From assembly GCA_046483985.1 (NCBI GenBank), contig JAWOCD010000110.1:53023-117022 (forward strand): DNA of 64,000 nt, written 5' to 3'. The first letter of the stretch is position 1; each line of letters starts with the position of its first letter. The position numbers and the translations under genes were made by a program. The notes below the pieces were generated by a model. It worked only from the letters and a program-made list of their open reading frames with translations, made no database searches and had not been told where the DNA came from. Of the stretch, positions 1 to 9,179 are shown one piece after another. The stretch comes from Promethearchaeia archaeon. Lineage in GTDB: Archaea; Asgardarchaeota; Lokiarchaeia; Sigyniarchaeales; SOKP01.

Positions 1-698
1 AAATTAAGCGAAAACATGGAAAATTTACGGTGAAACCATCTTCAGGACCTCACCCCAGTAAGTTTTGTTTGCCCCTTTCACATATCCTCCGAGATATTTT
101 GAAGATCTGTGATAGTTTTAGAGAAGCGAAAAAGCTTCTTCAATTGGGGGTAGCCAAAGTGGATGGTCGTGTGGTACGTGATGTGGCTTTTCCATTAGGG
201 TTAATGGATGTATTAACACTTAAAGATAAATTATATTATCGTGTTCTTCCGCATTCACATTATGGATTAATTTTACAAGAAATTGACGAAGCCGCCAGCC
301 AGTTTAAAATCTGTCGAATAAACGAGAAAACGACCGTCAAGGGCGGAAATATTCAATTAAATCTCCATGATGGAAGAAACATTTTGATTGAAGTGAAGGA
401 TCCGGAAGAACCAAAAGAAGATGTCTATCAACGAATGGATGTTCTAAAAATATCCGTTCCGGAACAAGAAATTTTACAAACAATCAAATTACAAACAGGC
501 GCAATTGGGCTGATCATCGATGGATTGAACATCGGGAACTTCGGCAAGATTGTGGAAATTTCCAAGCGATTTGGACCTAATGCAAGTACTGTAACTATTG
601 AAGATGAGGAAGGAAATTTGATTCAAACTTCTTACGATTATATCTTTCCCTTAGGAACCGAAGCGCCTGAAATTGAAATAGAAAAGGAATCTGAATAG
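1..698 (+). CDS. rps4e: 30S ribosomal protein S4e (5' truncated by window edge)
   Basis: PSSGPH...LPL..ILRD and VKVDGRVVRD..FPLGLMDV motifs; frame open to window start (IKRKHGKFTVKP). Confidence 0.95.
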   Translation, partial: IKRKHGKFTVKPSSGPHPSKFCLPLSHILRDILKICDSFREAKKLLQLGVAKVDGRVVRDVAFPLGLMDVLTLKDKLYYRVLPHSHYGLILQEIDEAASQFKICRINEKTTVKGGNIQLNLHDGRNILIEVKDPEEPKEDVYQRMDVLKISVPEQEILQTIKLQTGAIGLIIDGLNIGNFGKIVEISKRFGPNASTVTIEDEEGNLIQTSYDYIFPLGTEAPEIEIEKESE

Positions 699-723
699 AT
701 AAATATAAATGGTGAAATAAAGT

Positions 724-1305
724 ATGGCAAAAACGACTCAACAATTAAGTCCCACGGACTATGATGAAAAGTGGAAAAATCCCATGAAACGTCCGTTTCT
801 TGAGAAATTAGTGCTTAGTATCGGTGTCGGAGGTGGAGGGGAAGAATTAGAAAGAGCGGTTGCTGTCTTGCGTACGATCACAGGAAAAGAACCGAAGCGT
901 ACACTTTCTAAAAAGAATGTTAAAGAATGGGATGTGAGGAAAGGTCGTCCCGTTGGCTGTAAGGTTACAGTTAGGAACGAGGAAGCGGAGAAATTACTTA
1001 AACGCTTATTAATCGTTAATAACAATAAAATGCTCAGAGAAAGTTTTGATGACCGGGGCAACTTTGGCTTCGGGATCAAGGAACACATTTCCATCCCGGG
1101 CATAGAATATGATAATGCAATCGGGATATATGGATTAAATGTAACAGGGCGAATTGTTCGTCCAGGGATGCGTGTACAGACTCGGCGAATACGCAGAGCA
1201 AAAATCCCAAAAGATCATTATGTGTCAAGAGATGAGGCACAATACTATTTAAAGAAAAAGTTTGATATAGAAATTGTCGAAGAACTAGAATTAGATTATA
1301 TTTAA
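724..1305 (+). CDS. rpl5: 50S ribosomal protein L5 (uL5)
   Basis: NPMKRP.LEKLVLSIGVG, GCKVTVR, FDDRGNFGFGIKEHI; operon position. Confidence 0.97.
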   Translation: MAKTTQQLSPTDYDEKWKNPMKRPFLEKLVLSIGVGGGGEELERAVAVLRTITGKEPKRTLSKKNVKEWDVRKGRPVGCKVTVRNEEAEKLLKRLLIVNNNKMLRESFDDRGNFGFGIKEHISIPGIEYDNAIGIYGLNVTGRIVRPGMRVQTRRIRRAKIPKDHYVSRDEAQYYLKKKFDIEIVEELELDYI

Positions 1306-1335
1306 ATTTATTATATTAAAAAGAGGAAGATTATT

Positions 1336-1485
1336 ATTCCACAAAATAAAAAATATGGAAAAGGAACTCGAACTTGTCGGCGCTGTGGCACAAATCGCGC
1401 CATTATTCGGCGTTATGGGTTAAATATCTGCCGCAGATGTTTTAATGAGGTTGCCGAAAAAATAGGGTTCGAAAGTTTCCATTAA
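1336..1485 (+). CDS. rps14: 30S ribosomal protein S14 (uS14, Zn-binding); not in ORF track, probable ATT start
   Basis: Manual translation: PQNKKYGKGTRTCRRCGTNRAIIRRYGLNICRRCFNEVAEKIGFESFH*; lies between rpl5 and rps8; no ATG/GTG/TTG in frame after stop at 1303-1305. Confidence 0.93.
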   Translation: MPQNKKYGKGTRTCRRCGTNRAIIRRYGLNICRRCFNEVAEKIGFESFH

Positions 1486-1506
1486 CAAAAAGGAGGTTTA
1501 TTAAGA

Positions 1507-1890
1507 ATGGTTAATCCACTAGCAGACGCAATGAATATGCTTAAGAATGCCGAAGCGGCACGTAAAAAAGAAGTAATTATTAGTCCTGCGTCCAAATTAA
1601 TTCAAAGGGTCCTTAGAATTTTCCAAAAATATGCTTATATCGGGGAATTCGAAAGATATGATGATGGACGACAAGGAAAGTTTAAAGTATCCCTTTTAGG
1701 AAAAATTAATGAGTGCAAAAAGCTCCTTCGGCTAAATTATAAAGTTGATCAATTATCAAAATTAGAAAGAAAAAATTTACCTGCCCCAGGCTTCGGCTTG
1801 GTTATAATCAGTACCAATCAAGGATTAATGACAAGCAGAGAAGCGGGAAAAAAAAATATTGGGGGAGTAGCAATAGCATTTGTATATTAA
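1507..1890 (+). CDS. rps8: 30S ribosomal protein S8 (uS8)
   Basis: NPLADAM, YIGEFE..DDGRQGK, LPAPGFG..IIST.QG. Confidence 0.97.
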   Translation: MVNPLADAMNMLKNAEAARKKEVIISPASKLIQRVLRIFQKYAYIGEFERYDDGRQGKFKVSLLGKINECKKLLRLNYKVDQLSKLERKNLPAPGFGLVIISTNQGLMTSREAGKKNIGGVAIAFVY

Positions 1891-1910
1891 TGTAGCGAGG
1901 ATGATTAAAA

Positions 1911-2495
1911 ATGGTAAAAGTAGCATTTTTTAGAGAAACAATCGACATCCCTGAGGATGTAGATGTGCAAGTTGAAGAAAATAGTAAAGTTACGATTAAA
2001 GGCCCAGAAGGAGGACCGTTGGAAAAGGATTTTTCTCATGCTCGAGGCATTAAAATTTCTAAAGAGAATGATCAATTAGTATTTTCAGCCAATTTCCCGA
2101 AGGGATCTACCGTTAGCTTGGCTAATACTATCATTAATATAGTCCAAAACATCATTAAAGGGGTACAAAAATCCTACAAATATGTATGCAAGATATGTAG
2201 CTCTCACTTTCCTTTCACCGTTGAGGTTAAAGAGCGGAAAAAGGAATTACATGTTGTTAATTTTCTCGGCGAGAAAGCTCCACGTGTGATAAAATATAAA
2301 CCATCGTTAATGGATGTCGAAGTAAAAGATGATGATGTTTATTTAATTGGACCCGACAAGGAACTTTTAGGCCAAGTTGCTGCAAATCTCAAGAAAATAT
2401 GTCATATTAAACTAAAAGATCCCAGAATCTATCAAGATGGAGTTTATTTATTCCAAAAGAAGTTAGGAAACAAAATTTTATGGGAAATACGTTAA
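1911..2495 (+). CDS. rpl6: 50S ribosomal protein L6 (uL6)
   Basis: SHFP, NFLGEKAPR, KDPRIYQDGVY. Confidence 0.96.
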   Translation: MVKVAFFRETIDIPEDVDVQVEENSKVTIKGPEGGPLEKDFSHARGIKISKENDQLVFSANFPKGSTVSLANTIINIVQNIIKGVQKSYKYVCKICSSHFPFTVEVKERKKELHVVNFLGEKAPRVIKYKPSLMDVEVKDDDVYLIGPDKELLGQVAANLKKICHIKLKDPRIYQDGVYLFQKKLGNKILWEIR

Positions 2496-2572
2496 TAAAA
2501 TTAAATAATACAAAATATTTTTAATCAGCAAACTCATCAATATTGAATTATGTTTATGAAAGAGTGTCTAAA

Positions 2573-3106
2573 ATGAGTAATGAAAAAGAAAGATTAATGA
2601 AACTTCGGAAGAAATTAAAGAAAAAGAAACCGTCGTTTAACCGGGTGGAATCGTGGCGCCATAAACGCGTTAAGGATTCCTGGAGGAAAGCGCGTGGTAT
2701 CGATTCCAAAACAAGGAAAAAAACAAAATCCGGTGTCAAATCGCCTAATGTAGGCTATAGAAGCCCGAAAGCTGTGCGTGGCTTACATCCCTCTGGCTAT
2801 GAAGAAGTACATGTGATTACCAAGAAAGATATTGAAGGATTGGATCCTAACAAACAAGCATTGACTCTTTCTGGGAGATTAGGCGCCCGAAAACGTATGG
2901 ATTTGATCGATTATGCCCAAAAAAGAGGCTTTAAAATTTTGAATTTGGGTGTTTCAGAAGCAGAGTTAGAAAGTATTGAGGAAATGTTGGAGACCTCTAT
3001 TGAGGATATTGAAGGCTTTGAAGATTTTGATGAGGAAGAATTGGGAGGATTTGAGGAAGAAGATTTTGAAGATTTTGATTTTGAAGATTTTGATGAGGAA
3101 ATATAA
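2573..3106 (+). CDS. rpl32e: 50S ribosomal protein L32e with acidic C-terminal extension
   Basis: KPSFNR.ESWRHKRV..SWRKARGIDSK, GYRSPKAVRGLHPSG; ATG 2573 preferred over TTG 2543. Confidence 0.95.
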   Translation: MSNEKERLMKLRKKLKKKKPSFNRVESWRHKRVKDSWRKARGIDSKTRKKTKSGVKSPNVGYRSPKAVRGLHPSGYEEVHVITKKDIEGLDPNKQALTLSGRLGARKRMDLIDYAQKRGFKILNLGVSEAELESIEEMLETSIEDIEGFEDFDEEELGGFEEEDFEDFDFEDFDEEI

Positions 3107-3131
3107 ATACCGAAAGGAGGAATGAGAAGAA

Positions 3132-3587
3132 ATGAATTTAAAGGCTCAAAAGCGAATGGCTGCGGATATTCTCAAATGTGGGGAATCTCAAGTATACTTT
3201 GACCCGTATTTAATCGAGGATATCAAATTGGCCATCACTCGAGATGATATTCGGAGTTTAATTAAAGAGGGGGCAATTCGCAAAAGATATGAAAAGGGAA
3301 TTTCAAAAAGCAGAAAGAAAAGACAACATCAACGGAAAAAAAAGGGAAGAGCTCGCGGTTTGGGAAAAAGAAAAGGCACGAAAAAAGCCCGGACCCCGAA
3401 AAAAAAATCGTGGATTCAAAGAATTCGCCCACAAAGAAAAGAGTTAAAAAAATTACGTGATCGAAAATCCATAACACGTTCGACATATCGGGATTTATAT
3501 AAGAAAGCAAAAGGTGGGATGTTTGATAGCGTCCGGCAACTTCACAAGTATATAGAGGAAAATGACTTAATGCGGAGGGGAAGATAA
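3132..3587 (+). CDS. rpl19e: 50S ribosomal protein L19e
   Basis: LKAQKRMAADILKCG, AITRDDIRSLI, GKRKGTKKAR, AKGGMF. Confidence 0.97.
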   Translation: MNLKAQKRMAADILKCGESQVYFDPYLIEDIKLAITRDDIRSLIKEGAIRKRYEKGISKSRKKRQHQRKKKGRARGLGKRKGTKKARTPKKKSWIQRIRPQRKELKKLRDRKSITRSTYRDLYKKAKGGMFDSVRQLHKYIEENDLMRRGR

Positions 3588-3589
3588 AA

Positions 3590-4183
3590 ATGGCAAAAGG
3601 ACCGAGATATAGACGACCATTCCGAAGAAGGGTAGAAGGAAAAACGAACTATCATAGAAGATTAAAATTAATCAAGTCCCGAAAGCTTCGGTTAGTAATT
3701 CGGGTTTCTTCTAACCATGCAAGAGTGCAAGTAGTTAAATCAAAAATCGGAGGCGATGAGGTGCTAGTTTCAGCCTTTTCAAAAGAGCTTGTGAATGATT
3801 ATGGATGGGATGCAAATACTGGAAATATTCCTGCTGCCTATTTAACGGGTTATTTGGCTGGAAAACGAGCACAAGAAGAGGGCATTGAAGAGGCAATTCT
3901 TGATTTAGGTCTTTTTTATCATCGAAATCGGGTATTAAGTGCGTTTAAAGGATTTTTAGAATCTAAAATTTTAGTTCCTTATAGAGAGGACTTTTTTCCG
4001 GATGGATTAAAAGACCAGATTGATGGCGCTCATATTCAAAATTATGCGAAAACTCTTAAAAATTCAGATAAAGAAGAATATGAAGAAGTATTTTCAGGGT
4101 ATTTACAAGAAAAAAAAATGGATCCTACTAAATTTACGAAACATTTTCAAAAAATTTTAAAAAAAATAGATAAAAACTTTTAA
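3590..4183 (+). CDS. rpl18: 50S ribosomal protein L18 (uL18)
   Basis: GPRYR.PFRRR.EGKTNY..RL, NIPAAYLTG. Confidence 0.97.
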   Translation: MAKGPRYRRPFRRRVEGKTNYHRRLKLIKSRKLRLVIRVSSNHARVQVVKSKIGGDEVLVSAFSKELVNDYGWDANTGNIPAAYLTGYLAGKRAQEEGIEEAILDLGLFYHRNRVLSAFKGFLESKILVPYREDFFPDGLKDQIDGAHIQNYAKTLKNSDKEEYEEVFSGYLQEKKMDPTKFTKHFQKILKKIDKNF

Positions 4184-4195
4184 ATGTGAAATAAT

Positions 4196-4810
4196 ATGGC
4201 TAGAAAAAAGGAAAATCTTAAAAAATGGGTTCCGAAAACGAAACTCGGAGATCAAGTCAAAAATGGATTAATCACATTAGATAAAATTTACCAGAAAAAT
4301 CTAATTGTGAAAGAGAAAGAAATCATTTCTATGCTTTTACCCGAACTCACAGAAGATGTCATTACAATTTCAATGGTTCAGCAAATGACTACTTCTGGCC
4401 AGAAAAGAAGATTTAAAGCAGTAGTAATTGTGGGAACTGAAGGATATTTGGGAATCGCGACTTCAAAATCTCCTGAAGTGGGACCCGCAATTCGTTCGGC
4501 GATTGATAAAGCAAAATTAAATTTAATACCAGTTAGGCGGGGCTGCGGTAGTAAAGAATGTGGGTGCGGCGGAAATCATAGTATACCCTTCCGTATAGAA
4601 GGTAAATGCGGTTCAGTCCGTATCCATTTAATACCTGCGCCAGCTGGTGTTGGCTTAGCATGTGCTGATAAAGTTAAGCAAGTATTAAGCTTATGTGGTA
4701 TCCAAGATATTTGGAGCAAGACATTCGGAGATACTCGTACGAGTGAAAATCTGGTAAAAGCCACGTTTAATGCACTTCGTAATGCACATAAATATTCCTA
4801 TAATTTATGA
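4196..4810 (+). CDS. rps5: 30S ribosomal protein S5 (uS5)
   Basis: WVPKTKLG, V.RGCGS.EC.CG..HSIPF, LIPAP.G.GL. Confidence 0.97.
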   Translation: MARKKENLKKWVPKTKLGDQVKNGLITLDKIYQKNLIVKEKEIISMLLPELTEDVITISMVQQMTTSGQKRRFKAVVIVGTEGYLGIATSKSPEVGPAIRSAIDKAKLNLIPVRRGCGSKECGCGGNHSIPFRIEGKCGSVRIHLIPAPAGVGLACADKVKQVLSLCGIQDIWSKTFGDTRTSENLVKATFNALRNAHKYSYNL

Positions 4811-4815
4811 GGTAA

Positions 4816-5349
4816 GTGATTGTAATGGCTAAAGTTAAAAAGAAAAAAAAGTCGAAAAATTTACAAGATAATGCTCAACTCTACTTTGTTGTGCGCATTA
4901 GAGGTGCTCCTGGTATGAGAAGGACAATCCTGGACACGCTCCAAATGTTGCGAATGCATAAGGTAAATCATGGTGTGCTTATTTGGGGCGAAAAAAGTTT
5001 TAAAGGAATGCTCCAGAAATGCAATAATTATATTACTTACGGGGAAATTGATGAAGAAACGCTTATTTCCCTCCTTAGAGAACGAGGTCGAATAATCGGA
5101 GATCGACGGTTAACTGATTCTGCCGTCGAAGATCTTATGGGATATGAAAGTATTGAAGATTTTGCAAGAGCATTATTGGATGGGGAAATTCAATATAAAG
5201 CTAATGATTTAAACAAAATCAAACCTGTATTTCGATTACATCCTCCCCGAAAAGGTTTCAAAGGTACTATAAAACGCCATAGGAAAGAAGGTGGAGCTTT
5301 AGGATATATTGGAAAGGATATTAATCAACTTATACAACGTATGATATAA
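4816..5349 (+). CDS. rpl30: 50S ribosomal protein L30 (uL30, archaeal long form); start may be ATG 4825
   Basis: VVRIRG, TLQMLRM.KVNH, FRLHPPRKGFK, GALGY.G..IN.LI.RM. Confidence 0.96.
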   Translation: MIVMAKVKKKKKSKNLQDNAQLYFVVRIRGAPGMRRTILDTLQMLRMHKVNHGVLIWGEKSFKGMLQKCNNYITYGEIDEETLISLLRERGRIIGDRRLTDSAVEDLMGYESIEDFARALLDGEIQYKANDLNKIKPVFRLHPPRKGFKGTIKRHRKEGGALGYIGKDINQLIQRMI

Positions 5350-5353
5350 TGAG

Positions 5354-5845
5354 GTGGAAAAATTGAGAAAGCATAAGAAAAAAACAAAAAAGAAGCGAGG
5401 CTCTCGAGTTATGGGCTACGGAAGAGTTGGTCAGCATCGAAAGACTGGACAACGAGCCGGAAGAGGTAAGACGACCCAATGGAAGAAGAGTAAAAAATCA
5501 TATTATTTGAAACAGAAGGAGTTAGGTTTTCCAGATGAGGATTGGAAGGTAGGAAAGCGTGGATTTAAGCGCCCGCAAAAAGTAGTAAGGAGAAATATTA
5601 CGAATATAATGAACGTCAAGGATTTAGATTTAAATCTTGAGGATTATATTGAAGAGGATGTTGCGGAGAAGTCTGGAAAAACCTATTCAATTGATTTAAC
5701 TGATTTAGATATCCAAAAATTACTCGGACGGGGGAAAATTACCAAGCCCGTTAACATTAAGGTTCAAAAAGCTTCCAAAGGAGCCATTAAAAAAGTGGAG
5801 GAAGCTGGTGGTAAAGTGACCTTGCTTTCGGAATCTGAAGAATAA
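5354..5845 (+). CDS. rpl15: 50S ribosomal protein L15 (uL15); start may be TTG 5363
   Basis: RGSR.MGYGRVGQHR..G, GKRGF, KLLGRG, AS..A..KVEEAGG. Confidence 0.95.
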   Translation: MEKLRKHKKKTKKKRGSRVMGYGRVGQHRKTGQRAGRGKTTQWKKSKKSYYLKQKELGFPDEDWKVGKRGFKRPQKVVRRNITNIMNVKDLDLNLEDYIEEDVAEKSGKTYSIDLTDLDIQKLLGRGKITKPVNIKVQKASKGAIKKVEEAGGKVTLLSESEE

Positions 5846-6052
5846 TTCCTATTTTTATTTAATTTTCTACTTTTATTACTATAGTCTTTTGCATAAGTTT
5901 TTTACATTTTATAATTCCAGTTTTTCTAATTTATAGTAACTTTAAATATCTACCCTTAATTCTGAAAAGAAGCGTGATATCTGGATATATATGATTAAAA
6001 ATTATTATAGCAAAAGACTATAATACCTTTTACCCTTTTAAATCATCCATTA

Positions 6053-6631
6053 TTATAGATCAAGCATTTTATAGATAGTTTGTATTAATACGGGTAAAAC
6101 AAAGATGAAGAGTAAAATATTTGCAATTAAATGAACTGTGGTAAATGAAATTCCAATTAGATATGTGGGCCAAAAGGCTTCTAATGTGCCAAAAAAGAAA
6201 AGTGCATGGATCATTGTGGTTGATATATCAAATATAAATGTTAATAATCCGCCTGTGGAGCCAAAAAGGAGTATAACCTTTAATTTATATAGATCCTTCT
6301 GGGGCTGAAAATATGGTTTATCTTTAATGAAATCCTTCATAAATCCCCCTATTAGAGCAATAGAAGCGTAATAGACAATCTGAAATACAAGAAGCGGTAA
6401 AGGTGATGCTCCCATCGGGTTAAAAAAACAAAACAAAAAAGAACTCATCAATCCTATTACGGCTCCATCTTTTTTTCCCATAATAAATCCCGATAGAAAG
6501 AGCATTATAAAAACTAATTGAATATTGGGAATATAGATTAGTAAAAATCCCAAGACAATAATTAAAGCGGTAAAAATCGCCATTATGGTAAATCGAAAGG
6601 ATTTTTTGTCTAACCACTTCGGATCACTCAT
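6053..6631 (-). CDS. ECF transporter substrate-specific (S) component, CbrT-like (cobalamin predicted)
   Basis: Six hydrophobic helices, N-terminal AIFTAL (AxxxA) motif followed by IPNIQ; divergent from a DUF4430 gene; ATG 6631 preferred to 6769. Confidence 0.7.
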   Translation of the reverse strand: MSDPKWLDKKSFRFTIMAIFTALIIVLGFLLIYIPNIQLVFIMLFLSGFIMGKKDGAVIGLMSSFLFCFFNPMGASPLPLLVFQIVYYASIALIGGFMKDFIKDKPYFQPQKDLYKLKVILLFGSTGGLLTFIFDISTTMIHALFFFGTLEAFWPTYLIGISFTTVHLIANILLFIFVLPVLIQTIYKMLDL

Positions 6632-6653
6632 TGTTTCCTTTTCTGTCTTTTTA

Positions 6654-6780
6654 CGCGGGTATCTGACTTCCCTCTCTTCAAGGTTATAACTTGAAGTGGG
6701 GCAACCCTTCCCTTTTATCTTTTGATCCAAGGTTACACTTATTTCATTTTTATTGTTCTCTACTGTCATGAGTCATCCGA
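6654..6780 (-). promoter_or_regulatory. Candidate cobalamin-riboswitch-like structured leader
   Basis: Minus strand reads AAAAGGGAA..TTGCCCCACT-[CTTCAAG/CTTGAAG hairpin]-GGGAAGTCAGATACCCGC, ending about 22 nt before ATG 6631. Confidence 0.4.
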
Positions 6781-7160
6781 GTCTAATTTTTCCTGACTAT
6801 TTTAATAAATACACTTTCGTTTTTATAATATAGGATAAATTTCCTATTTGTAATGGATACAGAGATTATGTTTCCTAAAATCGATGAAAGTGATTATAAT
6901 AAGATCACCCGAAATATGTTACTCAATAACAGTATATCTTTTATTATGAAGTGACATCAGTAGGGAATGAGGTGTACAATAAGTCTCTTGAAAATGCCGG
7001 GATTCCCGTTTTTTAACATTTTATTTTTCACATTTATTTTTACACTAAATTTTTTTTATCAGCCAAAACCTAAATTTTTTATTTATTGGAAACTTTTTTC
7101 AAATAGGAAAGCTAACCTAGGATACCTTATCCTAAAAAATATTAGAAATTTGAATTAAAA

Positions 7161-7970
7161 ATGAAAAAGAAGAAATACTGCATAATCTTAGCAATTTCGG
7201 TCTCGCTTTTATTAGGAATTAGTTTTTTCTTAGTTCCACAAGCACACGCAGAAAGCCAGGTTCCATCGGATTACTCTGAGGATTTGAGTCTAAATAAAAC
7301 CTACATTTATAATGTTACTGGATTTGATTCGGTCCTTTATTTTTACGATTATCATTATAATAGTATCGCCAATGTAAGCTCAAATGATGGAGGGCAGATT
7401 TGGATCAATTTCACTGGGTTCTATGACAAAGACTCGGCAGATATGAATACATTTTCAGAGCCCGTTCCTTATCTCAATATATCGTTTTGGAAAAAAGAAT
7501 CTAATTCTATGGTATTAAATGATACCATTTCAAATGTTTCTAGCAGCCTTGCAGGGTATGATTTAGCAATGGCGTTTAACGATTTCAGGCCAGGTTTTCT
7601 CATTCCCACAGAGGATACCGACTCCGTAATTCAAAAAGCTGAAGATGAAGAATTGGGTTATATTAATGGAACGGTTGAGACTCAAGAATTTAAGTATTTA
7701 TCCATGCTTGATATCACATTTAAAGCCAATAATACATCTCAAAATACAACTCTAATTTACGATACGGAAACAGGAATTTTAGAATATTGTGAGGTTGAGA
7801 GCACATTGGGGCCTAATTTTGGACTAGAACTGCATGAAATAAAAGATCTTGGCTACGAAGAACCCGCAATTTCCGGATTTTCGGTAATATTCCTTCTGTT
7901 ATCAATAGCAGTATGCTCTGGAATTATTTTGCTAAGATTGAGAAAGAGAAGAAAAAAATATCAATCTTAA
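7161..7970 (+). CDS. Secreted/surface protein with C-terminal Loki-CTERM-like anchor
   Basis: Signal peptide (AHA), many N-x-S/T sequons, C-terminal ISGFS + TM + basic tail. Confidence 0.7.
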   Translation: MKKKKYCIILAISVSLLLGISFFLVPQAHAESQVPSDYSEDLSLNKTYIYNVTGFDSVLYFYDYHYNSIANVSSNDGGQIWINFTGFYDKDSADMNTFSEPVPYLNISFWKKESNSMVLNDTISNVSSSLAGYDLAMAFNDFRPGFLIPTEDTDSVIQKAEDEELGYINGTVETQEFKYLSMLDITFKANNTSQNTTLIYDTETGILEYCEVESTLGPNFGLELHEIKDLGYEEPAISGFSVIFLLLSIAVCSGIILLRLRKRRKKYQS

Positions 7971-8029
7971 AATTTTTACATAACAAATAAACATCTATTA
8001 TTTTTTTATTATTTTTTGGTTTAAAACCT

Positions 8030-8638
8030 ATGGAAAAAAGGAAAAAATATATTATAATAGCTTTTATTGGTTCTTTATTGTTTTTGGGATTGATCCTCTA
8101 TAATTTTAATGTTATTCAGATCAATCAAGATGAAAATGAAATAGAGGAAGGAGACAATGAGGATACCTCTGAAATTTATGAACCTGAAGAGGGAAATTTC
8201 TCCGGTATAGCTTTAATCGTAGATTACAATAACGGTTCAAAAAAAGTCGAGGATGAAATCAATGTAGATTCGGGAAATGATACTGTTTTTGATATTCTAT
8301 TAGCCTATTGCGATGTCGAATACACCGAATATTCTAATGGAGAGGTCTTTATTGAGGGAATAGACGGAGTACGGAATAAAAATTCGAACAATTGGCTATA
8401 TTGGGTTAACGGAGAATATGCTGAAGTTGGCGCTGCTTCATATCATGTTGAAGACGGTGATGAAATTAAATGGATTTATGGAGATCAAAGCGATGAAAAT
8501 GGCACCAGTGATAGTAATAATACAGAGATTTCGATATCTGGGTATTCAATTACGATAATTATTTCTGTGCTGTCTTTCGGTATGATTATCGGAATGTACC
8601 ATTATAGAAGTGGCATGGTGGAAAATAAGAGTTTTTGA
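8030..8638 (+). CDS. DUF4430 (transcobalamin C-terminal-like) membrane-anchored protein
   Basis: TVFDIL...FIEGIDGV.N....WLYWVNGEYAEVGAASYHVEDGDEIKWIY; N-terminal TM and C-terminal ISGYS + TM. Confidence 0.8.
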   Translation: MEKRKKYIIIAFIGSLLFLGLILYNFNVIQINQDENEIEEGDNEDTSEIYEPEEGNFSGIALIVDYNNGSKKVEDEINVDSGNDTVFDILLAYCDVEYTEYSNGEVFIEGIDGVRNKNSNNWLYWVNGEYAEVGAASYHVEDGDEIKWIYGDQSDENGTSDSNNTEISISGYSITIIISVLSFGMIIGMYHYRSGMVENKSF

Positions 8639-8676
8639 ATTTTTAAGAATTTAAAATAAGAAATTAGTAGTTTCCA

Positions 8677-9114
8677 TTACATATCTTCTGCTTCTACTTT
8701 TTCCAAGAGCGGCTCCATTCTTTTAAATGCTTTTCTAATTTTATGGAAATAATACCCCAATTTATACCCTTTTTGACAATTGGTAAAGAGCATGAAGTTG
8801 TTATCCTTTGCGCCTACTAAGATGATGGTATATCCTTCATTTCCTCGTATGACGATATCACGAAGTTCTCCTTGCTCGAGCCCTTCACTTATTTTTTGTC
8901 CTAAAGAAATAAGCGTTGCTGGACTTGCGCTATAGACATCAGCAACTACATCGGACGTTTCTGAACTTGCAATGCGGAGTCCTTGCTTCGACACCACTGC
9001 AGTTCCCTCTAAATCGGTACTGCTTTCTAAATCTTCGAGAGATTTCATAATCTCGATGAGGGTCTCTTTTCCTACATCAGGTTGAGAGAAATCGATTCTC
9101 TTTTTTTCTTCCAT
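8677..9114 (-). CDS. Roadblock/LC7 domain protein
   Basis: LEGTAVVSKQGLRIAS, GEL..IVIRG.EGY.II pattern. Confidence 0.8.
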   Translation of the reverse strand: MEEKKRIDFSQPDVGKETLIEIMKSLEDLESSTDLEGTAVVSKQGLRIASSETSDVVADVYSASPATLISLGQKISEGLEQGELRDIVIRGNEGYTIILVGAKDNNFMLFTNCQKGYKLGYYFHKIRKAFKRMEPLLEKVEAEDM

Positions 9115-9179
9115 TTTTACGTCTCCTCGTACTATTATAAATATAGTTTTTAAAATTTTAAATGTTTTTTCTTGTATTT

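Noticed and set aside
6632-6769. 46-aa N-terminal extension of the ECF S component
   Set aside because: S components normally begin near the first TM; the segment looks more like a structured leader (not proven)
6885-6915. ATGA...GA hairpin as a SECIS or hammerhead
   Set aside because: Helix only ~6 bp, no selenoprotein upstream, hammerhead CUGAUGA core incomplete
6967-7158. 63-aa ORF upstream of the surface-protein gene
   Set aside because: Low-complexity T-rich translation of a probable leader region
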